Position numbers and translations under genes: made by a program. The notes beneath the pieces are model-generated. The model was not told the origin of the DNA. It did not search any database and saw only the letters and a program-made list of their open reading frames with translations. From Patescibacteria group bacterium (GTDB taxonomy: Bacteria > Patescibacteriota > Patescibacteriia > UBA11705 > JABHMO01), in the NCBI GenBank assembly GCA_038062385.1, contig JBBTXH010000082.1, positions 3,749-29,354 of the forward strand: a stretch of 25,606 nucleotides of DNA, written 5' to 3'. Below, one piece after another: positions 1 to 8,606 of this stretch (position 1 is its first letter; each line of letters begins with the position of its first letter).

Positions 1-2
1 AA

Positions 3-821
3 CACACGACTTTGCATTTGTTGTATTCTCGTTTCTTGCATAAATTTTTATTTGATATCGGCGCGGTACCGACCCCTGAACCGTATCAAAAACGGGTTTC
101 GCATGGTATGATCCTCGCGTCCGACGGACAAAAAATGTCCAAGTCGCGTGGTAATGTGATCAATCCTGATTCAGTGGTGGAAGATTATGGCGCGGACGCT
201 CTGCGCGTTTACGAAATGTTTGTCGGTCCCTATGATCAGACGGTCGCTTGGAACATGAACGGACTGATCGGCGTGCGCAGGTTTTTGGAAAAGATTTATG
301 CGTTCGATAAATTTATTGAGGCTGATTCAAAAGAAGTTTTAGCTTTGTTGCACAGAACAATCCAAAAAGTGACCGAGGATATTGATCAGATGAGATTCAA
401 CACCGCTGTTTCAACTATGATGATTTTCATGAATAAAATTCAAACTGATGGTTGCACCGGAGAGTCGTTTAAAAAGTTTTTAACATTGCTTTGTCCGTTC
501 GCGCCGCATTTGGCGGAGGAAATTTTGAATAGAATGAGGGATAACGAGGGAGGACGAGGAATGTCGAGGGAAAAAGAAACGAGCATTACGCTCAAACAAT
601 GGCCGGAATACGATAAAAATTTAATTACTCAAGAAAGCATTGAAATTCCTGTTCAAATAAACGGCAAGGTTCGAGAAAAACTGCAGGCTGATCCGAATAT
701 TTCAGAAGAAGAAATAAAACAGCTGGCGTTTAAGAGTGAAAAAATTCAAAAATTCTTGAATGGGGTTGAACCGAAAAAAATAATTTATGTTAAAGGAAGA
801 ATGTTGAGCATTGTCATATAA
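3..821 (+). CDS. leuS: Leucyl-tRNA synthetase, C-terminal part (truncated by window start)
   Basis: HLLYSRF..HK, class I KMSKS motif (GQKMSKSRGNVINPD), YGADALRVYEMF, FNTAVS anticodon-binding helix, C-terminal PVQINGKVR; frame is open from position 3. Confidence 0.97.
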   Translation, partial: HTTLHLLYSRFLHKFLFDIGAVPTPEPYQKRVSHGMILASDGQKMSKSRGNVINPDSVVEDYGADALRVYEMFVGPYDQTVAWNMNGLIGVRRFLEKIYAFDKFIEADSKEVLALLHRTIQKVTEDIDQMRFNTAVSTMMIFMNKIQTDGCTGESFKKFLTLLCPFAPHLAEEILNRMRDNEGGRGMSREKETSITLKQWPEYDKNLITQESIEIPVQINGKVREKLQADPNISEEEIKQLAFKSEKIQKFLNGVEPKKIIYVKGRMLSIVI

Positions 822-823
822 AC

Positions 824-853
824 GTAGAGACAGGTTTCAAACCTGTCTCTTTT
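824..853 (+). terminator. GTAG-led perfect hairpin plus T-tract after leuS (REP-like, probable terminator)
   Basis: GT AGAGACAGGTTT C AAACCTGTCTCT TTT: 12-nt inverted arms 826-837/839-850. Confidence 0.7.
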
Positions 854-864
854 GTAAATAAAAT

Positions 865-887
865 AGGGCCGGATTTGATCCGTCCCT
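865..887. repeat. Second REP-like hairpin
   Basis: AGGGCCGGAT ttg ATCCGTCCCT, 9/10 paired. Confidence 0.5.
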
Positions 888-907
888 GTTTTGTTTGCCA
901 GAACATA

Positions 908-1138
908 TTATTCCTTGATTACTACCACGATTATCGGTGGCAACGGTTGAGTGCCGTCTTGGAGAATGCGTTGTTCACTGCTGATGTGAACGTTGATTTC
1001 CGGCTCAGCGCATTGTTTGCTTGGACCCAGTCCGCCAGGACCAAGTCCGGCCTGAGAGAGTACGTGATTTCTGAACAGGGACAGAAAGATGAGTCCCTGC
1101 AAATTTTGGTCACTCATTAAACTCAACGCGTTCAACAT
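908..1138 (-). CDS. Hypothetical small protein (~76 aa)
   Basis: GGAGGT 5 nt before ATG at 1138 (minus) inside the 908..1168 ORF; no recognisable motif. Confidence 0.3.
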   Translation of the reverse strand: MLNALSLMSDQNLQGLIFLSLFRNHVLSQAGLGPGGLGPSKQCAEPEINVHISSEQRILQDGTQPLPPIIVVVIKE

Positions 1139-1307
1139 TTCGACCTCCAATTTGGCCACCGTGGCCATGAAAGAACATATAATTCATATTTTAATTATAG
1201 CTGATGTTTATTTATAGAGAAGACTTGACTGTGCACAACTTTATGTTAAAACCGTCAATGTTTATTAACATTTCTTTCATATTCAGTCAAAATATTACAG
1301 AGAAAAT

Positions 1308-1329
1308 AATGTTAATAACTATTAACATT
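1308..1329. promoter_or_regulatory. Perfect palindrome, candidate operator upstream of TrmB-like gene
   Basis: AATGTTAATA ac TATTAACATT; related half-sites ATGTTAA 1243-1249 and TTAACAT 1265-1271. Confidence 0.45.
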
Positions 1330-1381
1330 TTTATCTTCATTCATGATATAATCAGTATGTAATGAATTGACCAACTTAAAT

Positions 1382-2134
1382 ATGGCGCTTGTTCAAGAAT
1401 TATTGTCTGTCGGACTCACCGATAAGGAAGCGGAAGTTTATCTCGCAGCCTTGCAACTCGGCTATGCCTCTGTGCAAGAAATAGCGGTCAAGGCGAATAT
1501 TAATCGCACGACCGCTTATACCCACATAAAAAATTTGATTTCTCGCGGTTTGATCAATGCTACTGAAAAAAACGACAAGGTTTATTATTTAGCGGAACGG
1601 CCGGAAAAATTGAAATATTTGCACCAACAGCAGGAAAAGGAAATCGAACGCCGCCGCGATCTGCTCGACAAGATAATGCCTAAGCTGGAATCCATTTATA
1701 ATTTGGCGAAAGACAGGCCGAGTGTTCGTTATTACAATTATGAAAACAAAAGCGAACTTGAATCTGTCCGTAATGAAATCACTGAATTGCGTTGCGAGGA
1801 GATGTACAATATTTTCAACCACGAACTTTACGGTGATTATTTAAATCGCGATCACGTCAAGCGGTTGGTTGATTCTGTTCAGAAGTTCAAAGCGCTTTAT
1901 ATTTCAAAAAATAAAGTGGTTGATCATCGGCTGCATTCGTTTCTGGATAATGAAAAATTTAAATTGAAATTTTTGCCGGAAGCCAAATTCAGTTTTTTGT
2001 GCGAACTGCTCATTGCTGATAATAATGTCTATATCGCCGGCCGTGGAGATTGGTTGGTGATTACCGATAAATTATTTGCCCAAACGCTGGGCTTGTTATT
2101 TCACGCTTTGTGGGGAATAGCCGAGGACATATAG
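1382..2134 (+). CDS. TrmB-family HTH transcriptional regulator
   Basis: N-terminal GLTDKEAEVYLAALQLG..SVQEIA....INRTTAY winged HTH, coiled coil, PSVRYY linker; ATG at 1382 preferred over TTG at 1367. Confidence 0.85.
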   Translation: MALVQELLSVGLTDKEAEVYLAALQLGYASVQEIAVKANINRTTAYTHIKNLISRGLINATEKNDKVYYLAERPEKLKYLHQQQEKEIERRRDLLDKIMPKLESIYNLAKDRPSVRYYNYENKSELESVRNEITELRCEEMYNIFNHELYGDYLNRDHVKRLVDSVQKFKALYISKNKVVDHRLHSFLDNEKFKLKFLPEAKFSFLCELLIADNNVYIAGRGDWLVITDKLFAQTLGLLFHALWGIAEDI

Positions 2135-2137
2135 ATG

Positions 2138-2241
2138 TTACGAATTACGAATTTGTACGAATCTACGGATAACTACGAAAACTAAACTACTTACTGAATT
2201 AGTAGACATTCGTAGATTAGTAGCCAATTCGTAATTCGTAA
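2138..2241. repeat. 104-nt inverted-repeat element built of degenerate TACGAAT units
   Basis: 16-bp perfect terminal IR TTACGAATTACGAATT (2138-2153) / AATTCGTAATTCGTAA (2226-2241). Confidence 0.8.
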
Positions 2242-2249
2242 TCTAATAT

Positions 2250-3020
2250 ATGCTAGAAAGAGAATTACAAAATTTCGGTCTGAGCGAAAAAGAAGCCAAG
2301 GTTTACTTGGCGGCTTTGGAATTGGGTACGGCTACGATACAGGAATTATCAAAGAAGTCGGGCGTGAATCGCGCCACGACGTATATCCAGGTTGAGTTGC
2401 TCATTCAACGCGGACTGATTAGCAGTACTGATCGCGCCAAAAAGAGTTTGTTTATCGCCGAGAAACCACAGCGTCTGGTTGATATTTTGAACGATAAAAA
2501 GAGTAAGGTTGAGGAACTTGAAGATAAATTTACGAAGCTGATGCCGGATTTTGAAGCGATTTATAATGTTCACTCCGATCGCCCGCGCGTGCGCTTTTTC
2601 GCTGGCGAAGCTGGGCTTAATTCTTGGCGCAATGAAGTTTACAAAGACAAGCCGAAGCTGCTTTATATGATTCTTCCTGGAAAATTGAATACCATTACAG
2701 ACTTAAAGGATGACCCAGTGCTTGTTAAATTGGCCAATTCCGTGGAGACAATCAAAGTAATGTATCTTGCGGAAAAAAACTTGCCTTCGAATATATTCGT
2801 CTCATACAGAAATATTTTAACCAGGTATTTTTATATGAAAGATTTTGAATTGGATATTACTTTGTTTAATAATAAGTTGCATTTGAATAAACCGATAGGT
2901 TTTGACGCCAGCATGGGGGTAATGGTAGAAGACAAGATGTTCTGTAAAAGTTTTGTAGCCATTATTGAAACTCTTTGGCAACTTGGTCAGCCGCTTGGCG
3001 AAATTCCTAATATGAAATGA
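2250..3020 (+). CDS. TrmB-family HTH transcriptional regulator (paralog of 1382..2134)
   Basis: GLSEKEAKVYLAALELG..TIQELS....VNRATTY; PRVRFFAGEAG linker. Confidence 0.88.
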   Translation: MLERELQNFGLSEKEAKVYLAALELGTATIQELSKKSGVNRATTYIQVELLIQRGLISSTDRAKKSLFIAEKPQRLVDILNDKKSKVEELEDKFTKLMPDFEAIYNVHSDRPRVRFFAGEAGLNSWRNEVYKDKPKLLYMILPGKLNTITDLKDDPVLVKLANSVETIKVMYLAEKNLPSNIFVSYRNILTRYFYMKDFELDITLFNNKLHLNKPIGFDASMGVMVEDKMFCKSFVAIIETLWQLGQPLGEIPNMK

Positions 3021-3035
3021 TATAAGGATTAGTAA

Positions 3036-3058
3036 GATTCCGGATTGTGATCCGGAAT
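3036..3058. repeat. Short palindromic repeat
   Basis: ATTCCGGAT tgtg ATCCGGAAT followed by GAC. Confidence 0.5.
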
Positions 3059-3076
3059 GACAGTTGGAAATATAAA

Positions 3077-3102
3077 ACCGGACAGAATAGTGTGTCCGGT
3101 TA
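3077..3102. terminator. Hairpin between convergent genes, probable bidirectional terminator
   Basis: AACCGGAC agaatagtgt GTCCGGTT with A-run before and T-rich tail after. Confidence 0.6.
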
Positions 3103-3111
3103 TTTATTGAA

Positions 3112-3354
3112 CTAAAACCGCATATCGTAGGAGCTGCTTGTAGAGCTTACTTCGTCGCGGTCGTAATGATGTTCATCGCCATAAGTTGAAAAGCCGCTTC
3201 CGCCACCGCACATGCCCAAGCACGAAATATGTCGAGAACCTTGTTTAGCAGCCGTTCGAGATGTCCGAACCGGTTGTCGTGGGGTTTTCTTTGTAGTGTT
3301 GCTCCTTTTGTTTGTTTGAACTGCCACTCCCGTTTCTCCTGTTGCCGGGACCAT
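3112..3354 (-). CDS. Hypothetical 80-aa low-complexity protein
   Basis: ORF lies between a near-consensus minus-strand promoter (3394-3422) and a hairpin; weak RBS, no homolog recognised. Confidence 0.4.
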   Translation of the reverse strand: MVPATGETGVAVQTNKRSNTTKKTPRQPVRTSRTAAKQGSRHISCLGMCGGGSGFSTYGDEHHYDRDEVSSTSSSYDMRF

Positions 3355-3393
3355 CCCGTCTAAACCAATAAAAATTTATTGGAGTAACTGGAT

Positions 3394-3422
3394 AGTATAG
3401 CAGTATTATAAAAGTTTGTCAA
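3394..3422 (-). promoter_or_regulatory. Sigma70-type promoter
   Basis: TTGACA-17 nt-TATACT with extended -10 TG on the minus strand. Confidence 0.7.
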
Positions 3423-3539
3423 GCTTATTGATTGATAATCAATTTAAATGTCTGGTACAATTGATAATGTTTTTGTATATTAGTTCTTGCTAAAATTAAA
3501 CAAAAAAGGTTATATTCTCAACTTGAATGTCAGTGGCTA

Positions 3540-3568
3540 TTGACAAATTAAAAAATATGCGATATAAT
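3540..3568 (+). promoter_or_regulatory. Sigma70-type promoter
   Basis: Perfect TTGACA (3540-3545)-17 nt-TATAAT (3563-3568). Confidence 0.8.
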
Positions 3569-3627
3569 GCTTTGATGTTACCTTTGGCTGACGTGCTTGT
3601 CTAGCTAAACTTAACAAGGAGGAAACA

Positions 3628-3789
3628 ATGAATAAATTGTATCGGAAAGTGGTTCGGTTTAATAGAGAGAAGTTCTTTAGAGCGGTCAGTCGGGCGGTGA
3701 ACGGCGCGGTGCCGGCGAGCAGGCCGCATTCCTCAAAAAAAGGAAAGCGCGGTTACAGCCGCGTTCAAGGAAAGAAGGTGGAGGATTAA
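3628..3789 (+). CDS. 53-aa highly basic small protein (absent from ORF track)
   Basis: AAGGAGG SD, ATG 3628, MNKLYRKVVRFNREKFFRAVSRAVNGAVPASRPHSSKKGKRGYSRVQGKKVED, TAA 3787-3789; own promoter and terminator. Confidence 0.7.
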   Translation: MNKLYRKVVRFNREKFFRAVSRAVNGAVPASRPHSSKKGKRGYSRVQGKKVED

Positions 3790-3805
3790 AAATGAAGAGA
3801 AACAA

Positions 3806-3836
3806 AAAAGCGTTCTTAATCAAAGAGAACGCTTTT
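3806..3836. terminator. Bidirectional intrinsic terminator
   Basis: AAAAGCGTTCT taatcaaag AGAACGCTTTT between convergent genes. Confidence 0.75.
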
Positions 3837-3846
3837 AAATTTATGA

Positions 3847-5829
3847 TTATGGTTGAACCGTGCCGTTTCCCGTGGCAAAAGAATCAAGTTCAAGCGCAGT
3901 GGTTAAAATGCTTTTTGTTCTGGTGATCAGCTCATCGGTGGAGACATCTCTCGCCACGAGCGTGCAGTTCCCAGTCAACTTGAGTAGTGTTCCGATCTCG
4001 TTTGTTTGAGGAGTAAAGGCAAGGCTGAAATTAGCATGAGCTTCTTTGACTAAAGCTGGTAAACGATTTATTTTCCAGGCAATGGTGCGGCTGGCCTCAT
4101 CAAAAGTAATTTCACCGGTCGAAACATTTTTTTCGTTTATCCAATTTATATTTTGAGGTAAGGCAGTACTTACAGTTAGATCTTTTATCTCGTGAAGATC
4201 ATTGGAAAGATCCCAAAAGATTTTTAGTTTTGTGGTTTGACCAGCGTGTGGTGGCCAAGGACCAGTACCGACCGGTGTACCATCGCTGTAATAATATAAT
4301 GCTTTTGCCCCAATGTTAACGTTAGAATTCAGCACCAGAATAACCGGACTGCTTTTAACCGGTGGAATGGCGCTATTGTTTTTTTCGTCAAGAATAATTT
4401 GAGAACTTATTTCAATGGTTGATTGATTTAATGAATTGAGATCAATGTTCGTCAATTCAGCCAGTGATTTGAGAGGTAGAATGATATTAACGGAAACATC
4501 TTTGCCGGGAGCCAGAGATTTTAATTCACTGATTTGTTTCGCTTCCCAAGTGATTTCTTTGGTTTCGTTTAATTTTTGTATTTTGCCGAAATGATCGTCT
4601 TTGATTTTGTTCCAGTTGATAATTTCAGAAGATAAACTGGTAATCAATATTTTTATTTTCAAATTTTGATAAGCAGACACGCCATTGTTTTTCGCGATCG
4701 CGGAAATGGTTAATTCGTCTCCCAATCCAACGGCTTTATTTTCCGTTGAACCGTTGACGATGAGATAAGTATTGAGCGCCTGATCAATGATTTTGATCGT
4801 GAATTTTGTTTCACTAACCGCGAGGTATTGGCCGTCTTTTCCCGGCAGAAGTATTTGTACGGTGAAAGGCTGTTCGCGTTCCGCCTCATTCTGGAAGGAT
4901 AGATCAGCGGGGAAGGAGCCTTCGATGGAGATGTTTTTGCTTTCTTCTTTCCCCTTCAGTTCAGAAATTATCCATTGGTTGCTGTCTTCATAGGCATTGG
5001 GAGAAGCGTTTAAAAAGGCAAATTTTTCCGGATAGAGATATTGAAGTTTAATGTTTTCAAACAGGCGGTCGCTTTTGTTTTTCAACTTGGTTTGCAGAGT
5101 GATTTTTTGGCCGGGAGTGAGGTTAGCCGGGAAAACATTAGCCAAGTCGATTTGCGGCGCTTCGAGTGCGATGGAAAGAGATGTCTCTTTGGTAAAGTCT
5201 GAACGGAAATTGTCAGGTTGAAAGGTAATGGCCGCGATTAATTTCTGTTCACTCTCTAAAGTATCAACGATTTTGCCGGTAATCGTGATCTTGCCTTTTT
5301 GTCCAGGGGCTAAAGTTCCCAATTCCCATTTGTGATTGGAATTTTGTGGCTCTGCTTTCATCATGATAAAGCCTTTGGGATATTGGACGGTGATGCGACT
5401 GGTCAGAAAGTCAGCGTCGCCAAGGTTTTGATAGGTGATAATGTAGGCAAATTCTTCGCCAACTTGAATTTTATCAGGAGCTTCAATGGCGATACTAACA
5501 GCTTCTGTTGCCGGCCGCACGTTGCCGCTGAAATAAAAAAAACCGGCTAACGCTGATCCGGCCAATAGCACCAGACCGATGATTGAGAAAATGACAATCT
5601 TTTTTTTGCGATGTTGTCGCTTTTCGTCGATCAATTCCTTCAGATAATATTCGTCTTTCAATTTATTGATCTGGCTTTCGTGTTTAGCATCCACGGCTTC
5701 AATTGAAACGCCATTCAATTCTTGTTCTTCTTCAGCATAAAGGTCGATCAGATCCTGAATCGGATCTTCTTTTTTGTATTTTATTTTTTTTCTTTTAAAT
5801 TTAAAAAAATGGTTTTTTTTATTATCCAT
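3847..5829 (-). CDS. Membrane-anchored extracellular protein with repeated beta-sandwich (DUF11-like) domains
   Basis: Single N-terminal TM (IVIFSIIGLVLLAGSALAGFFYF); repeats such as GEEFAYIITYQNLG and WELGTLAPGQKGKITITG. Confidence 0.7.
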   Translation of the reverse strand: MDNKKNHFFKFKRKKIKYKKEDPIQDLIDLYAEEEQELNGVSIEAVDAKHESQINKLKDEYYLKELIDEKRQHRKKKIVIFSIIGLVLLAGSALAGFFYFSGNVRPATEAVSIAIEAPDKIQVGEEFAYIITYQNLGDADFLTSRITVQYPKGFIMMKAEPQNSNHKWELGTLAPGQKGKITITGKIVDTLESEQKLIAAITFQPDNFRSDFTKETSLSIALEAPQIDLANVFPANLTPGQKITLQTKLKNKSDRLFENIKLQYLYPEKFAFLNASPNAYEDSNQWIISELKGKEESKNISIEGSFPADLSFQNEAEREQPFTVQILLPGKDGQYLAVSETKFTIKIIDQALNTYLIVNGSTENKAVGLGDELTISAIAKNNGVSAYQNLKIKILITSLSSEIINWNKIKDDHFGKIQKLNETKEITWEAKQISELKSLAPGKDVSVNIILPLKSLAELTNIDLNSLNQSTIEISSQIILDEKNNSAIPPVKSSPVILVLNSNVNIGAKALYYYSDGTPVGTGPWPPHAGQTTKLKIFWDLSNDLHEIKDLTVSTALPQNINWINEKNVSTGEITFDEASRTIAWKINRLPALVKEAHANFSLAFTPQTNEIGTLLKLTGNCTLVARDVSTDELITRTKSILTTALELDSFATGNGTVQP

Positions 5830-5852
5830 AACAAAGGCGGTGATTAGAGTTT

Positions 5853-8399
5853 CTATTTGAGAGAGAGCGCGAAGAGTTGGTCAGTATAAAAAGAAGAAGC
5901 GGTTTCGATGGGACTGGCGACATCCGTTGATTTTATCGGATAGAGCCAATTCGCTGATACGCCTTCCGGCAGATTGATCTTGATGTTGAAATTTGTTTGT
6001 TGGCTGCCGGACTGTTTTTGCAGAAACAAGGAATAAAAAGAAGTTTCAGGCGCGTCGGCGAATGACAGTAAGGTTTTTTTGCCCGGCAGATTCAACTGAA
6101 AAGGAAGTTTGTATTTAAGAACAACTTTTGATTCTTCCCCTGCGTCAGTTTGAATCCAGTTGGCGAAAACTGTTTTGTTGAATTCATTGTTTATTTTTGT
6201 CTGGTTGGTCACGTCAGTTTTGATTTTTCCTTGAATATTGTCCAGAAGTTCGTCTTTTGACCAAGCGCTATTCGGCTTTTCAAAAAGTTCAGCCGGCATC
6301 TCACTGAAACCTTCGGCGGAAATAAGTTGACTGGCTAAGGGAGTATAAATTCTGGTGTAAACCAAGTTGGACCCTTGGCCTGATTGATCGGTCGGCTGAC
6401 CGTTATGTTTGCGGGTAATGGTCAGGGTATTGAAGACGTCCCCATCATCATCAATGGTTGATTCCAGTTTGATATTTTGTTCAATATAGTAATCGGTTTT
6501 ATTGCCGCCGATATTTGTATTGATAACCGAAAGATAATCTTTTGAACTGTCGAGCAGCTCTCCCGACCAACCGTAGGCGGAAAACTTTTCTTGAATAACG
6601 TCATCGGAGAAATACAGTTGAATGTCTTTTTGATCCAAACCGTTTTTAAAAACTTGAGAAATTTTCAGAAGTTGATCGCCCTTGCTGGCAAATATTTTTT
6701 TCAAAAGTTCAGGCGCGATGGCTGATAATATTTTCTTCGGTTGATTGTCTTTGATTGTTTTGTTTTCGTGATCAATGGTTTTTTGCAGTTCAGTAATAAA
6801 ACCGGCGGCCTCAAAGGTGCGGCCATCAGCCAAACTAATGTTGCCGATGATTTTCATCAGTTCCGGGATGAGCGTGGCATTGATGGCGATAACGCCGTCC
6901 ACGCTTGGGCCGCCCGAGTTTTCATAAAACCATTTTATTTTTTGGGCGGAGGTTGGGAAATTTGGAAACCAATTGGCGTCTTGCATTTCCCAGAGCGGAT
7001 TGATGAGATGCAGCGGCTCGGGTGAAATTACTTTTTTGAGCAAGGATCCTTGCAGATCGTAAGTGCCGCCTCCCGGTATTTCCATGTTTTTTATTTCACC
7101 GCGATCAATGTCCACCAAAGCATAACTGCCCATAAAGCCGCCGGTTGGTCTGATCTCATTATTGTTTTGGAAAATGAAAAGATAGCGCTTTTTGTAATCA
7201 GAACCGAGAACCTGCTGGATCGTTTGCGACAATTCATTCAAATCATCCAAGTCGCTGTGGAGGGTCAGTAGATATTTTTTAATACGGACAAAATCATTTA
7301 TTTTTTCAGTCGGAATAGCTTCCGGCCTTATTTTAGAGAGAGAGTTGTTGAGCTGATTCAGTTTTGGCGTGAGGGTGAAAAGTTTTGCTTCGATTTGCGC
7401 CAAGCGGTCGGTCAATTTCGTCTTGTTATTTTTTTTGAAATCGCTCATGAGTTCGCTGACTGATCCGCCGATTTGCGCGGCCGCGCGTCCAGCCTCCAGT
7501 AAGTATTCGGCATCAGCTAAGTTGGCTGAATCGGTTGGAAGTATTTTTAAAATTGTTTTTAGCAATGGATCAATACTGTTCAGTTCAGCGGCGGCTTGAG
7601 ACAGGGCGGAACTAGCGAGATTAAACTTCGCCTCTGCGTCAGTGGCGTTGTCTTGCGACAATTCTTGCCCGGCAATTTTCATGTCAGCATAAGCGGTCGT
7701 GGCATAATTTACTATTTGGTCTTTTGATTTTTGAATTTTTTGATAATGACCGAAAACCTTGATCGGAGCAATGATCAACAAGGCAACAACAATGAATGAA
7801 ACCACTGAACGATGCCAATTGATTGGCAGATTGAAATGATAAAATATTGGTACGGGAGTGAGTTGCTTGAACAGTTCATCGCTGTCCGGAAATTCGTCCG
7901 GCGCGGCTGGTTCGATCGGCGCCGCGCTTTCTTTGATGATGATATTCTTTGTGGCAGGCACGGACAGAACAGTGTTCTGTCCGTACGTATTTTGAGATGA
8001 TTTTTTGAAAAAAGAATGAATGCGCGCTTTGTGCTCTTCAATCGCCTTCTTTTTTTTAACAAGACCGGTTAAATCAAGCACAAAAGGCGAGTGATGATGG
8101 TGCTCGGAGCTGTTTTTTACAATAATTTCAGTATGGTGATGAACATCTTTTTTTGCCAAAGTTTCTCCAGCTGGCATCATTTTGGCCAGTTCTCGCATAA
8201 TCGTTGATTCCAGTTCTTTTTCCGGTCTGCTTACCGAGTGATGCTCCATGATGGAGTCAATCTCATGTTGAAGAAGCCCGATGGTTATCGGGGATTGATC
8301 AGTTGATTCGGTCACATGTTTTTTTTCAACTTTAACATGCGCGCTTGTCGGAGCGATTCTTTTGGAAAATTTTTTTGTTTTATGATTTTTCGGTTTCAT
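5853..8399 (-). CDS. DUF4012-domain membrane protein
   Basis: TM near aa 200; YLFIFQNNNEIRPTGGFMGSY, DANWFPNFP, VDGVIAIN, NTNIGGNKTD motifs typical of this family. Confidence 0.85.
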   Translation of the reverse strand: MKPKNHKTKKFSKRIAPTSAHVKVEKKHVTESTDQSPITIGLLQHEIDSIMEHHSVSRPEKELESTIMRELAKMMPAGETLAKKDVHHHTEIIVKNSSEHHHHSPFVLDLTGLVKKKKAIEEHKARIHSFFKKSSQNTYGQNTVLSVPATKNIIIKESAAPIEPAAPDEFPDSDELFKQLTPVPIFYHFNLPINWHRSVVSFIVVALLIIAPIKVFGHYQKIQKSKDQIVNYATTAYADMKIAGQELSQDNATDAEAKFNLASSALSQAAAELNSIDPLLKTILKILPTDSANLADAEYLLEAGRAAAQIGGSVSELMSDFKKNNKTKLTDRLAQIEAKLFTLTPKLNQLNNSLSKIRPEAIPTEKINDFVRIKKYLLTLHSDLDDLNELSQTIQQVLGSDYKKRYLFIFQNNNEIRPTGGFMGSYALVDIDRGEIKNMEIPGGGTYDLQGSLLKKVISPEPLHLINPLWEMQDANWFPNFPTSAQKIKWFYENSGGPSVDGVIAINATLIPELMKIIGNISLADGRTFEAAGFITELQKTIDHENKTIKDNQPKKILSAIAPELLKKIFASKGDQLLKISQVFKNGLDQKDIQLYFSDDVIQEKFSAYGWSGELLDSSKDYLSVINTNIGGNKTDYYIEQNIKLESTIDDDGDVFNTLTITRKHNGQPTDQSGQGSNLVYTRIYTPLASQLISAEGFSEMPAELFEKPNSAWSKDELLDNIQGKIKTDVTNQTKINNEFNKTVFANWIQTDAGEESKVVLKYKLPFQLNLPGKKTLLSFADAPETSFYSLFLQKQSGSQQTNFNIKINLPEGVSANWLYPIKSTDVASPIETASSFYTDQLFALSLK

Positions 8400-8477
8400 T
8401 GTCTATGGTTACGGATGTACGGATAAACGTACAGATAGTACAGATTATTAGACGCAGATGAGGGATATTGGGGGATA

Positions 8478-8520
8478 CCCATAAACCAGTTGCGTATTCT
8501 CGCAACGGTTTAGGGCAAGC
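8478..8520 (-). repeat. CTTG-footed hairpin element
   Basis: CCCATAAACC a GTTGCG tattct CGCAAC GGTTTAGGG CAAGC; the arm plus CAAG matches copies at 15204-15270, 17073-17113 and 23600-23636. Confidence 0.6.
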
Positions 8521-8566
8521 GAGGGAAACGAGGGTATTGATTTTTTGTTTTATTGTACAGCTCCGT

Positions 8567-8606
8567 TGCTTTAGTGCTTCTATGTTTCTATGCTTAAATG
8601 CTTTGA
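8567..8606. repeat. 8-nt-period tandem array overlapping GT4 stop codon
   Basis: tgctttag/tgcttcta/tgtttcta/tgcttaaa/tgctttga. Confidence 0.75.

Noticed and set aside
875-1120. Alternative ORFs 875..1120 (+) and 931..1113 (-)
   Set aside because: No RBS or motif; the 908..1138 frame has the only clear SD.
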